Shown: piece after piece, positions 26,147 to 35,056 of the stretch | Numbering within the stretch: position 1 is the stretch's first letter | Layout: every line of letters starts with the position of its first letter | Source: Thermoplasmata archaeon | GTDB lineage: Archaea > Thermoplasmatota > Thermoplasmata > Lutacidiplasmatales > UBA184 | Assembly: GCA_035632035.1 (NCBI GenBank) | Contig: DASQHP010000059.1 | Span: forward strand, 1 to 57,552 | Reading direction: 5' to 3' | Length of the DNA stretch: 57,552 bases | Made by a program: the position numbers and the translations under genes | The notes under the pieces: generated by a model | The model's input: only the letters and a program-made list of their open reading frames with translations | What the model was told of the DNA's origin: nothing | Databases searched by the model: none

Positions 26147-26779
26147 CTACGGGGTCAGAACGGGTGCCGGTAGGCTGTCGGCCGCCCGCGCGACCCGGGC
26201 TCGGCGCCCCGAGACCGTGGGTTCGAGAAGGAAGTCGAGCGTACGCTGGGAGCGGCCCCGCGGGCCCTCGACGCTGCGGGTCTTGAGCGGCCAGGCGCCC
26301 TCGTGGTCCAGGAGCCAGCGCTTCCTCCACAGGCCGAGTCCAAAGCCCGTCAGGTCGCCGGCCGACCCCACGACGCGATGGCACGGCACGATGATGGGGA
26401 TCGGGTTGCGCCGCATCGCCCCTCCGACCGCCCGGGCGGCGCCCGGGTGGCCCGCGCGCCGGGCGAGGTCGGCGTAGGTGACCGTGGAGCCCGCCGGCAC
26501 GCGGCTCAGGATCGTCCAGACCTGACGGTCGAACTCCGTGCCCAGGCTCGGGTCGAGGACGAGGTCGAACGAACTGCGCTTCCCCCGGAAGTACTCGCCG
26601 AGCTCGCGCGGCGGGCTGCCGGCCGAGAACGGCGGTCGGCGCTGGCGGGCCCCCACGGGGACGCCGACCTGGTCGAGCCCGCGCTCCAACAGATCGACGG
26701 AGTGGACCGCCCGCCCCTCGTAGACGACGCGGAAGCTGCCGATGGGCGTCGGTACGTCCGCGAACTCGACGTGGGCCAT
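26147..26779 (-). CDS. ogt: Methylated-DNA-protein-cysteine methyltransferase (O6-alkylguanine-DNA alkyltransferase)
   Basis: Active-site IIVPCHRVV and the preceding TYADLARRAG helix-turn-helix. C-terminal extension of about 45 aa. Confidence 0.92.
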   Translation of the reverse strand: MAHVEFADVPTPIGSFRVVYEGRAVHSVDLLERGLDQVGVPVGARQRRPPFSAGSPPRELGEYFRGKRSSFDLVLDPSLGTEFDRQVWTILSRVPAGSTVTYADLARRAGHPGAARAVGGAMRRNPIPIIVPCHRVVGSAGDLTGFGLGLWRKRWLLDHEGAWPLKTRSVEGPRGRSQRTLDFLLEPTVSGRRARVARAADSLPAPVLTP

Positions 26780-26802
26780 CGGAGGGTCGAAGCCCTCCCG
26801 GC

Positions 26803-27498
26803 TTAACTGCGTTGCCTCGCCCCGTCGCCCGTCCCCGTGTCGGTGATGGAGAACTCGGCGGCGGCCTCGGGTCTGGACCGGTGCTTTACGAGGACCGCCC
26901 GCCGACGGGACCCGGGGAGCCGCTCCAGCCGGAGGATCGTCTTGGCGGCATGATTGAGGAAGGACCCTCCGATCGGTTCCAGCGAGCCGGAACGCGGGTC
27001 CCGCCAGACCTGGTTCGTGAAGAGCACGGGAACCTGGGAGCGGAGCGAGACGCCGATCAGCTCGGCGAACTCCGCGGTGAGCGCGAGCCGTCCGTCCTCC
27101 TCCGAGTCCTGGGCGAGGGCCAGCCGATAGTAGAGCGTCGCCGAGTCGAGCACGATGAGCCCGACCGGCCGCTCCCCCGACCGGGTCAGCTCGGCCGCCC
27201 GGAGCACCGCCCGGCTCTGTTCCTCGAGCGAGGTCGGCGACGAGAGCAAGAGATGGTCGAGGACCTCGGGGAACCGATCACCGGCGATCGCCTCCAGGCG
27301 GTCCACCGAGACGCCTTCCGTGTCGATGTAGAGGACCCATCGGCCCGCGCGGGCCACTTCGAGCGTCGCCTGCAGGCAGAGGATGGTCTTCGCGCTCCCG
27401 CCTTCACCGTAGAGCTCGGTGAGACTGTCGGGCTCGAGGCCCCCGCCCAGGAGGGCGTCGACCGGTCCCACTCCCGTCGGAACCCGGTCGGCGGCCAT
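26803..27498 (-). CDS. radB: DNA repair and recombination protein RadB
   Basis: Short RecA/RadA-core-only protein (231 aa) with GVGPVDALLGGGLEP, P-loop GEGGSAKT (unusual Ala before Lys) and Walker B LIVLDS. Confidence 0.88.
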   Translation of the reverse strand: MAADRVPTGVGPVDALLGGGLEPDSLTELYGEGGSAKTILCLQATLEVARAGRWVLYIDTEGVSVDRLEAIAGDRFPEVLDHLLLSSPTSLEEQSRAVLRAAELTRSGERPVGLIVLDSATLYYRLALAQDSEEDGRLALTAEFAELIGVSLRSQVPVLFTNQVWRDPRSGSLEPIGGSFLNHAAKTILRLERLPGSRRRAVLVKHRSRPEAAAEFSITDTGTGDGARQRS

Positions 27499-27561
27499 CC
27501 CGGGGCCACGAGAGCCGTGGGACTTAAGGCCGCGGCCGGGCGAAGGGTGGCGAGGCGCCCG

Positions 27562-27696
27562 TCAGCGGGCCTTGAGGACCTTCTTCACGTTGGGATGCTC
27601 CTTCGTGAAGATCTTGCCCCCGCAGTTGTCGCAGCGGACCCCGAACAGGTTGGCGTCGCTCGGGAGCGCCTCCCCGCACCGGATGCATCGGAACAT
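27562..27696 (-). CDS. rpoP: DNA-directed RNA polymerase subunit P (Rpo12)
   Basis: Not in the ORF track (44 aa). My translation is MFRCIRCGEALPSDANLFGVRCDNCGGKIFTKEHPNVKKVLKAR, a CxxC...CxxC zinc ribbon. It occupies the conserved position after rpl37ae. Confidence 0.85.
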   Translation of the reverse strand: MFRCIRCGEALPSDANLFGVRCDNCGGKIFTKEHPNVKKVLKAR

Positions 27697-27708
27697 GGAC
27701 GCCTCGGC

Positions 27709-27981
27709 CTAGGCTTTCACGCCCGGGCTCTCCGGCCGCTCCGACCGGGTGATGGGAGGGGGGCTCGAAAAGAGGTAGGCGCCGCTCGCGAACCGGGTCC
27801 CGCAGCGACGGCACTCGAAGACGCCGCTCGCCACGCGCTCGACCGTGACGGTCGAGCAGCGGGGGCAGGCGGCCGCCTCGGCCCGCGCCCGGTCGATGTC
27901 GAGCACCCGCCGGCGGATCCGGATCCCGTAGCGGGGACCCATCCAGCCCGTATTGCCGACCTTCTTGGTCCGCTTGCTCAT
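27709..27981 (-). CDS. rpl37ae: 50S ribosomal protein L37Ae (eL43)
   Basis: [25 protein letters not shown]...CPRC...CRRCG zinc ribbon. ATGA overlap with the rrp42 stop. Confidence 0.92.
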   Translation of the reverse strand: MSKRTKKVGNTGWMGPRYGIRIRRRVLDIDRARAEAAACPRCSTVTVERVASGVFECRRCGTRFASGAYLFSSPPPITRSERPESPGVKA

Positions 27982-28763
27982 GCGCTTCCCTGCGCGATCT
28001 TCCGCATCCGGTCGCCGTGCTGGAACGCCCGATCGACCATGTCGCGCACGTCGTCGGGGGAGAACGCCCCAATAAGACCTTTCTGCATCGCGACCACGTT
28101 CCCGGCCTCGTCCGTGGCGACGGTGAGGCGGCCCTGCGCCGCCCGTTCCTCGTCCACGGTCGGGTCGACGATGATCGTCTCCCCGAGGCGGCAGAACGTC
28201 GTCTCCACGGGCAGGTGCTGGATCGCGAGCGGGGAGTCGGCTTCCGCGATGCCGAACCGCTTGCTGGGAAGCGTGGCGTGCGTGAGGGCGCCCAGCGCCG
28301 CGAGCATGCCCGTGTCGATGAGGTTCCCGGAGTGGTCGAGCACGTGGACGTCGACGTAGCACACCCACGTCTTCTCGCCCGGAGTGACGCAGAGCTTGGT
28401 GAGGTCGATCGTCTCTGCCGCCCGGATCGCCCGGTCGATGACGCGGGAGACCTCGATGGCGCGCGGGTGGGGGGGGCCGGGCTCGAACATGGGGGAGGAG
28501 AGGGGCACGAGCTCGGCGTTCGTCGTGAGGACCCCGGCGTTGGGGGTATCGGGGAACGGTTTGCCCGGTTCGAGCTTAACGCCGCAGAGGACCGCCGTGT
28601 CGCCAATGCGGGCCAACGCCGAGCCGTCGGCGCTGGCGACCCAGCCCGGCACGACCGAGACGGTCCGATACTCGTCCGGTCGCCGGCCGTCGAGGCGCTT
28701 ACCGTCGCGGGCGAGATCGAGGATGTGGGTCGTGAGGATCTCGGCCACCACTTCGTCACTCAT
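27978..28763 (-). CDS. rrp42: Exosome complex component Rrp42
   Basis: RNase PH-like: [14 protein letters not shown]...[19 protein letters not shown]. 4-nt overlap with rrp41. Confidence 0.92.
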   Translation of the reverse strand: MSDEVVAEILTTHILDLARDGKRLDGRRPDEYRTVSVVPGWVASADGSALARIGDTAVLCGVKLEPGKPFPDTPNAGVLTTNAELVPLSSPMFEPGPPHPRAIEVSRVIDRAIRAAETIDLTKLCVTPGEKTWVCYVDVHVLDHSGNLIDTGMLAALGALTHATLPSKRFGIAEADSPLAIQHLPVETTFCRLGETIIVDPTVDEERAAQGRLTVATDEAGNVVAMQKGLIGAFSPDDVRDMVDRAFQHGDRMRKIAQGSA

Positions 28764-29512
28764 GCCGGCACCCCCGCGGGCGCGGTGGCCGCATAGCGGT
28801 CCCGGAGCGCCGCCTTCATGGTCTCGTAGATGCCGAGGCAGCCCTTCACGCCCATGTCGAGCGCGGTCGAGAGCTCGTCTCGGGTGAGGTGGCCCTCCAT
28901 CTGCAACAGGACGAGACGGCCGGACTGGGGCACGAGCGCCATCGGGAGGTCGGCCTCGCCGAAGTTGTCCTCCTCCTTCTTGAGGTCGAGGACGATGTGG
29001 CCCGCGACCTTCCCCACCGCGACGGCGGGAACAAGGTCGACCATCGGGATCCCGGCATCCGCAAGCGCCACCGACGCGGCCACGAGCCCCGCGCAGCGCG
29101 TGCCGGCGTTGGCCTGGAGCACTTCGATGTACACGTCGATGCTGGTGCGCGGGTACTCCTCGGCGAACACCACCGAGTCGAACGCCTCCGCGATCACCTT
29201 GCTGATCTCCTGGGAGCGGCGGTCGAGTCCGGGGCGTTTCCGCTCATCCACCGAGAACGCCGCCATGTTGTAGCGGCACTGCACGATCGCCTTGTCGTTG
29301 ACCTGAAGATGCCGGGGATGGACCTCCCGCGGTCCGTAGACCGCGGCCATCACCTTGTTGGCGCCCCACTCGACGAACGCCGATCCGTCGGCCTGGCGCA
29401 AGGCGCCGGCGGTGATCTTCATGGACCTCAGCTCATCGGCGCGCCGACCGTCGATCCGCCGTCCGTCCTCGGTCATGAGGACGGGGACCTCTTTCGCTCC
29501 TACGTTTCCCAT
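28760..29512 (-). CDS. rrp41: Exosome complex exonuclease Rrp41 (RNase PH-like)
   Basis: [15 protein letters not shown]...[23 protein letters not shown]. Confidence 0.95.
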   Translation of the reverse strand: MGNVGAKEVPVLMTEDGRRIDGRRADELRSMKITAGALRQADGSAFVEWGANKVMAAVYGPREVHPRHLQVNDKAIVQCRYNMAAFSVDERKRPGLDRRSQEISKVIAEAFDSVVFAEEYPRTSIDVYIEVLQANAGTRCAGLVAASVALADAGIPMVDLVPAVAVGKVAGHIVLDLKKEEDNFGEADLPMALVPQSGRLVLLQMEGHLTRDELSTALDMGVKGCLGIYETMKAALRDRYAATAPAGVPA

Positions 29513-29531
29513 GGTTCACTTCCTGTGACTT

Positions 29532-30386
29532 TCAGTACATGGACGGGTCGTCGCCCGTCGGGGATTCTTCATTCTCGTCATCGAGGGGTTCCGAAGGCGG
29601 CCGGGGGACGGCGTGACCATCCGATGGGGCGCCGGGTACGAACGGCACCGCCTCGCTGGCCGGCCGCTCCTCCGTCGACCCGAGGTAGCTCATGACCCGC
29701 TCGGTGAGACCCGCGCGATGTCCCTCCTCGTCAATCATCCGGAGCGTTTCCCGGACCCGGAGCGACTCCTCCGGGGGACCATCCACGTGGACGCGTCCGT
29801 TCTGACCGACCACGAGACGGCAGTGCGTCGACCGCTCGATCGTCTGGATCATGGAACCACCCCGGCCGATGACCCGGGGGACCTTCGCCGGAGAGATCGT
29901 CACGATGGTGCCGCCCTCGAGCTTGCCGAGCCCCTCGCCGACCATCGACACCCCGATGCGGCCGGTGTTCTCGATCGCCTCGACCCGGACCACGACCGCG
30001 TCGCCGACCCGGAGGTAGCGCTCGGTCTCCCCGTAGTCGATCTTCCACGGAGTTCCCGTCATGTGGAGCGGGGCCCAACGCGGGGCCCCGATGTCCAGCA
30101 GCCAGAACGTCCCCTGGACGTCGGTCACGGTGCCGACGACGACGTCGCCCGGCCGGGGGATGTATCGGCCGGCGAGCGGGGTCACCTCGACTACGGGCGG
30201 TCGGAACCGAAGGAGTCCGAGGACGCTTGCGTAGATGCGCCCGTTGACCCGATACGTTCCCGAGCCGGGCCGCAGATGGCCCGCGGGAATCTCTTCGCCC
30301 GGAAGGACTAAAGTTCGCTCCCCACCGGGGGAGGAATCACCCTCGCGGCCACGACGTCGGTGGCCGGGCCGATGACGAGTACCCAT
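29532..30386 (-). CDS. rrp4: Exosome complex RNA-binding protein Rrp4 (S1 + KH)
   Basis: LVLPGEEI...YIPRPGDVVVGTVTDVQGTFWLLDIG (S1), then a KH-like region KVPRVIGRGGSMIQTI. The basic N-terminus makes the start slightly uncertain. Confidence 0.9.
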   Translation of the reverse strand: MGTRHRPGHRRRGREGDSSPGGERTLVLPGEEIPAGHLRPGSGTYRVNGRIYASVLGLLRFRPPVVEVTPLAGRYIPRPGDVVVGTVTDVQGTFWLLDIGAPRWAPLHMTGTPWKIDYGETERYLRVGDAVVVRVEAIENTGRIGVSMVGEGLGKLEGGTIVTISPAKVPRVIGRGGSMIQTIERSTHCRLVVGQNGRVHVDGPPEESLRVRETLRMIDEEGHRAGLTERVMSYLGSTEERPASEAVPFVPGAPSDGHAVPRPPSEPLDDENEESPTGDDPSMY

Positions 30387-30421
30387 TGTGTTGCTTGCAC
30401 CGCGCCGCCGACGGAGGGTGG

Positions 30422-31117
30422 CTATTTAACTAAGGCGGTCTCGGCGGCGCCCTTGGTGCGCGCGTTGAGCTTCTCGTAGAGCTCGGTCTGCACGCCGGCG
30501 GGGATCTCGAGGATCCCGCTCCAGCTTCCGTCGGAGAGCCACTGTTCGTCCCCCAGCTTGCCGATTCCCTTGAGCTCCCCGATGACGCGCGCGTAGTGCA
30601 CGGCCGGCAGATGGATCTTCACGCGGACCGTGTCGAATCGGATGGGGATGAGCGGCCGCAGCTTGGTGAGGATCTCCTGCACCTGGACGTCCGCCGAGCG
30701 GAACGGGTCGACGTGGACCTTCGCTTCAAGCATGGCCGCCTCGATGCGTGCGGGCGGGTGGGGGGCGCCGGTCTGGGGGTTCATGGCGTTGCGGGCGATG
30801 GTCGCGACGATCTGCTTGTGCTTCGCCGCCTGCAGCTGGTGGCGCTGTTCCGTGGTGACCTGTACCTCGCCCTTGAGGATGATCTGGCGAGCGATCTCGG
30901 CAAGGTCCCGGGTGTGGAACGTCCGCTCCAGGTGCTCCTCGGAGATCTTGTCCCCCTTCTTCGCGTCTTTGAAAACCTGATCGAGGGCGAGTTTGTCGCG
31001 GAGGTCGACGTTCTTCCCGTCTTTGACGTCCTGGACCGCGGTCGGGTCGACCAGCACCTCGAACCGGGAACCCTGGGTCTCCCACCGCGCGACGACCGTG
31101 TCGTCGACCTTGACCAT
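30422..31117 (-). CDS. SBDS/Sdo1-family ribosome maturation protein
   Basis: VARWETQGSRFEVLVDP...VFKDAKKGDK is typical of SBDS. 231 aa. Confidence 0.92.
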   Translation of the reverse strand: MVKVDDTVVARWETQGSRFEVLVDPTAVQDVKDGKNVDLRDKLALDQVFKDAKKGDKISEEHLERTFHTRDLAEIARQIILKGEVQVTTEQRHQLQAAKHKQIVATIARNAMNPQTGAPHPPARIEAAMLEAKVHVDPFRSADVQVQEILTKLRPLIPIRFDTVRVKIHLPAVHYARVIGELKGIGKLGDEQWLSDGSWSGILEIPAGVQTELYEKLNARTKGAAETALVK

Positions 31118-31149
31118 CGCCCCGTGCCTCCGGGGCCCCGCTCCGCAGC

Positions 31150-31902
31150 CTACGGACGGTTCGAGCGGGAACCCGACGCCGGCGGAAGTCGGCCCGCATA
31201 CTTCTGGATTTCCTCGGCCGTGAGGCGATGGAGGCCCTTGCCCCGCTGAAGCGTGCAGACCTCGACCTGGCTCAGGTTCGCCGCGTCATCCAGGGACTGG
31301 CGCAGGCCCTCGAGTGCGAGGAGGATGGCGCTGTCGGCGTCCATCCCGGGCTTATACTTCTGTTCGAAGAGCTCCATCACGGGCTGCTTGTTGCCCCCGG
31401 TGGACGTCGCCTTGAAGCTGGTGAGCGATCCGGACGGTTCGGTCTCGAACAGGTGAACTCCGTCGTCGTCGTAGCCGCCGACGAGCAGCGCGGTCCCGAA
31501 GGGGCGGACCCCGCCGAACTGGGTGTACTGCTGCTTGTAGTCGCAAATGCGGCGGACCAAGAGCTCGAGGGCGATGGGCTCCGAGTAGGTGACCCGGTTG
31601 ATCTGCGCCGCGAGGCGGGCGTACTCGACCAGGACCCGGGCATCCGCCACGAGGCCGGCCGTCGCGCACCCTACATGCTCATCGATCTGGTGGATCTTCT
31701 CGAGGCTCGCGGGCTCGGCGAGCTTCGGGTTGGGGATCCGCCGGTCCGCGACGAGCGCGACGCCGTCCTGGAAGACCACACCGGCCGTGGTCGCCCCCCG
31801 GCGGACCGCTTCCCGGGCGTACTCGACCTGGAAGAGCCGGCCATCGGGTGAAAATACCGTGATTGCGCGGTCGTAGGCCATCTGGCCGGGTTGCATCTCC
31901 AT
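31150..31902 (-). CDS. psmA: Proteasome subunit alpha
   Basis: YDRAITVFSPDGRLFQVEYAREAV. ATG at 31902 chosen because the GTG at 31929 is too close to the TTATAA box. A GAGG lies 8-11 nt upstream of the ATG. Confidence 0.95.
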   Translation of the reverse strand: MEMQPGQMAYDRAITVFSPDGRLFQVEYAREAVRRGATTAGVVFQDGVALVADRRIPNPKLAEPASLEKIHQIDEHVGCATAGLVADARVLVEYARLAAQINRVTYSEPIALELLVRRICDYKQQYTQFGGVRPFGTALLVGGYDDDGVHLFETEPSGSLTSFKATSTGGNKQPVMELFEQKYKPGMDADSAILLALEGLRQSLDDAANLSQVEVCTLQRGKGLHRLTAEEIQKYAGRLPPASGSRSNRP

Positions 31903-31940
31903 GACGGTTCCTCGAGCGGCGGAGGGCACTTTCGCCCTCC

Positions 31941-31946
31941 TTATAA
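31941..31946. promoter_or_regulatory. Palindromic TATA box TTATAA between psmA and the DUF255 gene
   Basis: It lies 39-44 nt from the psmA ATG at 31902. In the plus direction it would place a transcription start near 31970. Confidence 0.55.
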
Positions 31947-31974
31947 GCCATCCCCGGTCGGTTTCCTCGCGGTG

Positions 31975-32028
31975 CGTGGATTACGCCGGTCGAGCGCCCG
32001 GCAGGTCCGGGGCGAAGCGTAATCCGCG
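31975..32028 (+). other. Long imperfect hairpin in the putative 5' leader of the DUF255 thioredoxin-domain gene
   Basis: CGTGGATTACGC (31975-31986) pairs with GCGTAATCCGCG (32017-32028), giving 12 bp including one G-U. An inner stem pairs CGCCCGG with CCGGGGCG. The hairpin ends 22 nt before the ATG at 32050. Confidence 0.5.
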
Positions 32029-32049
32029 GTCGGTCTCCCGGGGATCTCG

Positions 32050-34164
32050 ATGTCGGGGGCTCCCGAGCCTGGCCGCCCGGGCCGGGATGCCTCCCGGCTC
32101 GCGCAATCCCGTTCCGCCTATCTCGCCAGCGCGAAGGAACAGGCGATCGACTGGTTCCCGTGGGGGCCGGAGCCGTTCGAGCTAGCGAAGCGAACCGGGC
32201 GACCCATCCTGCTCGACATCGGGGCCGTTTGGTGCCACTGGTGCCACGTGATGGACGAGGGAACGTACGCCGACGGGGAGGTAGCCCGCATCCTCGCACA
32301 GCATTTCGTGGCCATCAAGGTCGATCGCGACGAGCATCCGGAGGTCGACCGCCGGTACCAGCGACAGGTGAGTGCGCTGACGGGAGAGGGGGGGTGGCCG
32401 TTGACCGCCTTCCTCGACGCCGAGGGAGCGGTCTTCCTCGGCGGCACCTACTTTCCGCCGCAGGACGGGATGGGTCGGCCGGGGTTCCGCCGCGTCCTCA
32501 AAGAGGTCGCCCGGCTCTATCGGGACGAACCCGAACGCATCCGTGAGAACTCCGCCCAGATCCGGGCCGCGCTCCAGCGCATGCGCGAGCACGCGGACCG
32601 ACCCTACTCGGAGACCGAATTCCTCACCGCCACGTTCGCGCGCATCGATCAGAGCTTCGACCCGGTCAACGCGGGGTTCGGCTTCGCCCCCAAGTTTCCC
32701 CACCCGACCGCGGTCTCCCTCCAGCTCTGGCGGTCGTTCGCCACGGGAGACGCCGGGCAAGAGCAGCGGGCCCGCGACACGCTCCTTCGCATGGCCGACG
32801 GCGGGATGTACGACCAGGTCGGCGGCGGATTCCACCGGTACTCGGTCGACGAGGCGTGGCACATCCCCCATTTTGAGAAGATGGGCGTGGACAACGCGGC
32901 GCTCCTGGGAGCCTACGTGGAGGGAGCGCGCCGCTTCCGCGAGCCCCGTTTTGACGACGTGATCCGGGGGATCGCGAGCTGGACGACCGAAGTCCTCGCC
33001 GACCCCGGAGGCGGGTTCGGGTCGAGCCAGGACGCGGACAACGCGCCGGGCGACGACGGCGGGTACTTCACCTGGACCCGCGCCGAGTTGAAGAGCGCGT
33101 TGGAGCCGGCCGAGTTCCGTCTAGCCACGCGGGTCTTCGGGGTCGGTAGCGACGGTCGGATGCCCCACGATCCCGACCGCAACGTCCTCTTCCGTCTCAT
33201 GCCCCCCGCCGAAGCAGCGGAGGGGTCGAGTCCGGACGACGCGGAGCGATCGTTCCGCCGCGCCGTGGAAACGCTTCGTCGCGTGCGGGCGTCCCGACCG
33301 ACGCCCGTCGTCGACCGCGCGCTCTACGCCGACATCAACGGCGGATTCGTCCGCTCGTTCGTCCTAGCGGGCCAGTACCTCGGCGATGCGGCGCTCATCG
33401 CCCTCGGCCGGCGGGCCGCGGACCGGTTCCTCGCCCATGCCTACGACCCCGACCGGGGGGTGGCCCACCGTCTGGACGGGGAATCGGCGGACGGGTTCGG
33501 ACACCTCGAGGACCAGGCGGCGTTCGCCCTCGGGCTGATCGAGCTTGCGGGTGCGACACTCGAACGCCGGTACGTGGACGCGGCGACCCGCCTCCTCGAG
33601 CTGGTTGACCGAGAGTACCGGGGCGAGGATGGCCTCCTGAAGGACGTCGCCCCTCGCCTCTACGACGGACCCCGGATCGGGAGCATCGACGAGCCGAGCT
33701 ACCCGCTCGAGGACAACCCGCATCTGGCGGCCAACTCGGCCACGGCGCTCGCCTACGAACGGCTGGCCGCCCTGGTCGGCGAGAACGAGTACCGGACGAA
33801 GGCGGGCCGTTTGCTCTCGGCGATGCATCCCCGCCTCATGGGCGCCGGTCTGTTCGCCTCCGGCGCCGCGCTCGCGAGCGCCCTCTTGGAGAGCGAGCCC
33901 GCCCGGGTGGTCGTGGTGGGAGAGGGTCCGAGTGCCGACTCGCTGGTCGCGGCTGCGCGCGCCTCCTACCATCCCAACATGTGGGTGTTCCGGGGCGTTC
34001 CGCCCGCACCGTTCTCGCTTCCCGCCGAACTGGGGGCGGAGTCCGCCACGCGGGCAGGCGGGGCCCGGGCCCTCATCTGTTTCGGGACGAGATGTCTCGC
34101 GCCCGTGGGCGACGCGTCGAAGATCCCGGAGCTCCTTCGGAACGGGGCTCGGACGCCGGCGTAG
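32050..34164 (+). CDS. Thioredoxin-domain protein, DUF255/YyaL-like, with (alpha/alpha)6-type C-terminal region
   Basis: SAYLASAKEQAIDWFPWGPEPFELAK...LLDIGAVWCHWCHVMD is the DUF255 signature. 704 aa. Confidence 0.9.
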   Translation: MSGAPEPGRPGRDASRLAQSRSAYLASAKEQAIDWFPWGPEPFELAKRTGRPILLDIGAVWCHWCHVMDEGTYADGEVARILAQHFVAIKVDRDEHPEVDRRYQRQVSALTGEGGWPLTAFLDAEGAVFLGGTYFPPQDGMGRPGFRRVLKEVARLYRDEPERIRENSAQIRAALQRMREHADRPYSETEFLTATFARIDQSFDPVNAGFGFAPKFPHPTAVSLQLWRSFATGDAGQEQRARDTLLRMADGGMYDQVGGGFHRYSVDEAWHIPHFEKMGVDNAALLGAYVEGARRFREPRFDDVIRGIASWTTEVLADPGGGFGSSQDADNAPGDDGGYFTWTRAELKSALEPAEFRLATRVFGVGSDGRMPHDPDRNVLFRLMPPAEAAEGSSPDDAERSFRRAVETLRRVRASRPTPVVDRALYADINGGFVRSFVLAGQYLGDAALIALGRRAADRFLAHAYDPDRGVAHRLDGESADGFGHLEDQAAFALGLIELAGATLERRYVDAATRLLELVDREYRGEDGLLKDVAPRLYDGPRIGSIDEPSYPLEDNPHLAANSATALAYERLAALVGENEYRTKAGRLLSAMHPRLMGAGLFASGAALASALLESEPARVVVVGEGPSADSLVAAARASYHPNMWVFRGVPPAPFSLPAELGAESATRAGGARALICFGTRCLAPVGDASKIPELLRNGARTPA

Positions 34165-34933
34165 TGAGTTTCCCGACGTCGGTGCCGTCCAGCAGGTACG
34201 CCCGGGCTTCTCCCCGGAGGAGGAACCGCCGGTAGAGGAACGACCTTCCGCGTCTCGGTCGCTCTCGATTCAGCGCCTCGGTTCCGGCGAGCGGATTGAA
34301 CGCCGGCAGTACCACGAGCTCTCGGCCCCGCACGGCCCGCGCCTCTGGACGAGCCGGATCCACCGGCCGTCGCAGATCCACTCGGACCCAGCATCTCTCC
34401 TTCCCCGTGGGCCGCTCGGCACTCGGGGCCAGGCGGACTCCGGGGTGGAGGTGCCCGACCACGAGCGCGGGCGCGGCGAGCACCGCGGGTGAGGGCCACC
34501 GGTGACCGTGGAAGATCCCCACGCCATCGATGACGAACCCCTCGGCCCCGTGGACCCGCACCTCCCGGGGCACGTGGGGGGCCAGCCCCACATCGTGGTT
34601 GCCCAGCACCACGTCGACCGAAACCCCGGCCTCGAGCAGTGCGGCGAAGAAGTCGAAGACCACGGGTCGGAGCAGTCGGGGCGTCCCGACGATCGGATGC
34701 TTCACGTCGCCCGCGATGACGAGATGGCGGACCGAGTGGGCCGCGCAGATCCCGACGAGATGCCGCGCGAGCTCGGCGGCCGTGGTCCGGGAAGGCAGGC
34801 CCTCGCGGGGTCCGGATTCTCCCAAACCCAGGTGAACGTCGGCGAGAACGATCCGACGCGGTCGGGAGGCGGCGCGGGGGGTGAGGAGCAGCGCCGGTTC
34901 ATCGAGAACCGGTCGCAGAGAGCTGCCCGCCAC
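34073..34933 (-). CDS. Calcineurin-like metallophosphoesterase
   Basis: Motif series ADVHLG, IAGDVKH, GNHD, GHRW and GHLHP. The 3' end overlaps the preceding gene by 92 nt. Confidence 0.85.
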   Translation of the reverse strand: MAGSSLRPVLDEPALLLTPRAASRPRRIVLADVHLGLGESGPREGLPSRTTAAELARHLVGICAAHSVRHLVIAGDVKHPIVGTPRLLRPVVFDFFAALLEAGVSVDVVLGNHDVGLAPHVPREVRVHGAEGFVIDGVGIFHGHRWPSPAVLAAPALVVGHLHPGVRLAPSAERPTGKERCWVRVDLRRPVDPARPEARAVRGRELVVLPAFNPLAGTEALNRERPRRGRSFLYRRFLLRGEARAYLLDGTDVGKLTTPASEPRSEGAPGSSTRRPRARDISSRNR

Positions 34934-35010
34934 GAGCCCGGGACGCGGCGGCTCGCTTGACCGTTTGGACCCGGGGCTCGCGGCCCCGTCTCGAGGAAAG
35001 TAACCTCCTA

Positions 35011-35020
35011 TTTTTATATA
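35011..35020 (+). promoter_or_regulatory. TATA box TTTTTATATA upstream of the HTH regulator gene
   Basis: Most AT-rich patch I noticed in the window. It lies about 40 nt upstream of the ATG at 35057 and is flanked by CCTATT...AATAGG inverted hexamers. Confidence 0.6.
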
Positions 35021-35056
35021 GAACCATTAATAGGATTGTACCGGGGTTCACGCGCA

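Noticed and set aside
31903-32049. A tRNA or other small structured RNA gene in the larger intergenic gaps (22660-22794, 31903-32049, 34934-35056).
   Set aside because: I could not fold a cloverleaf, a conserved T-loop (GTTCRANYC) or a C/D-box arrangement from them. The 31975-32028 hairpin is kept only as a leader-structure candidate.
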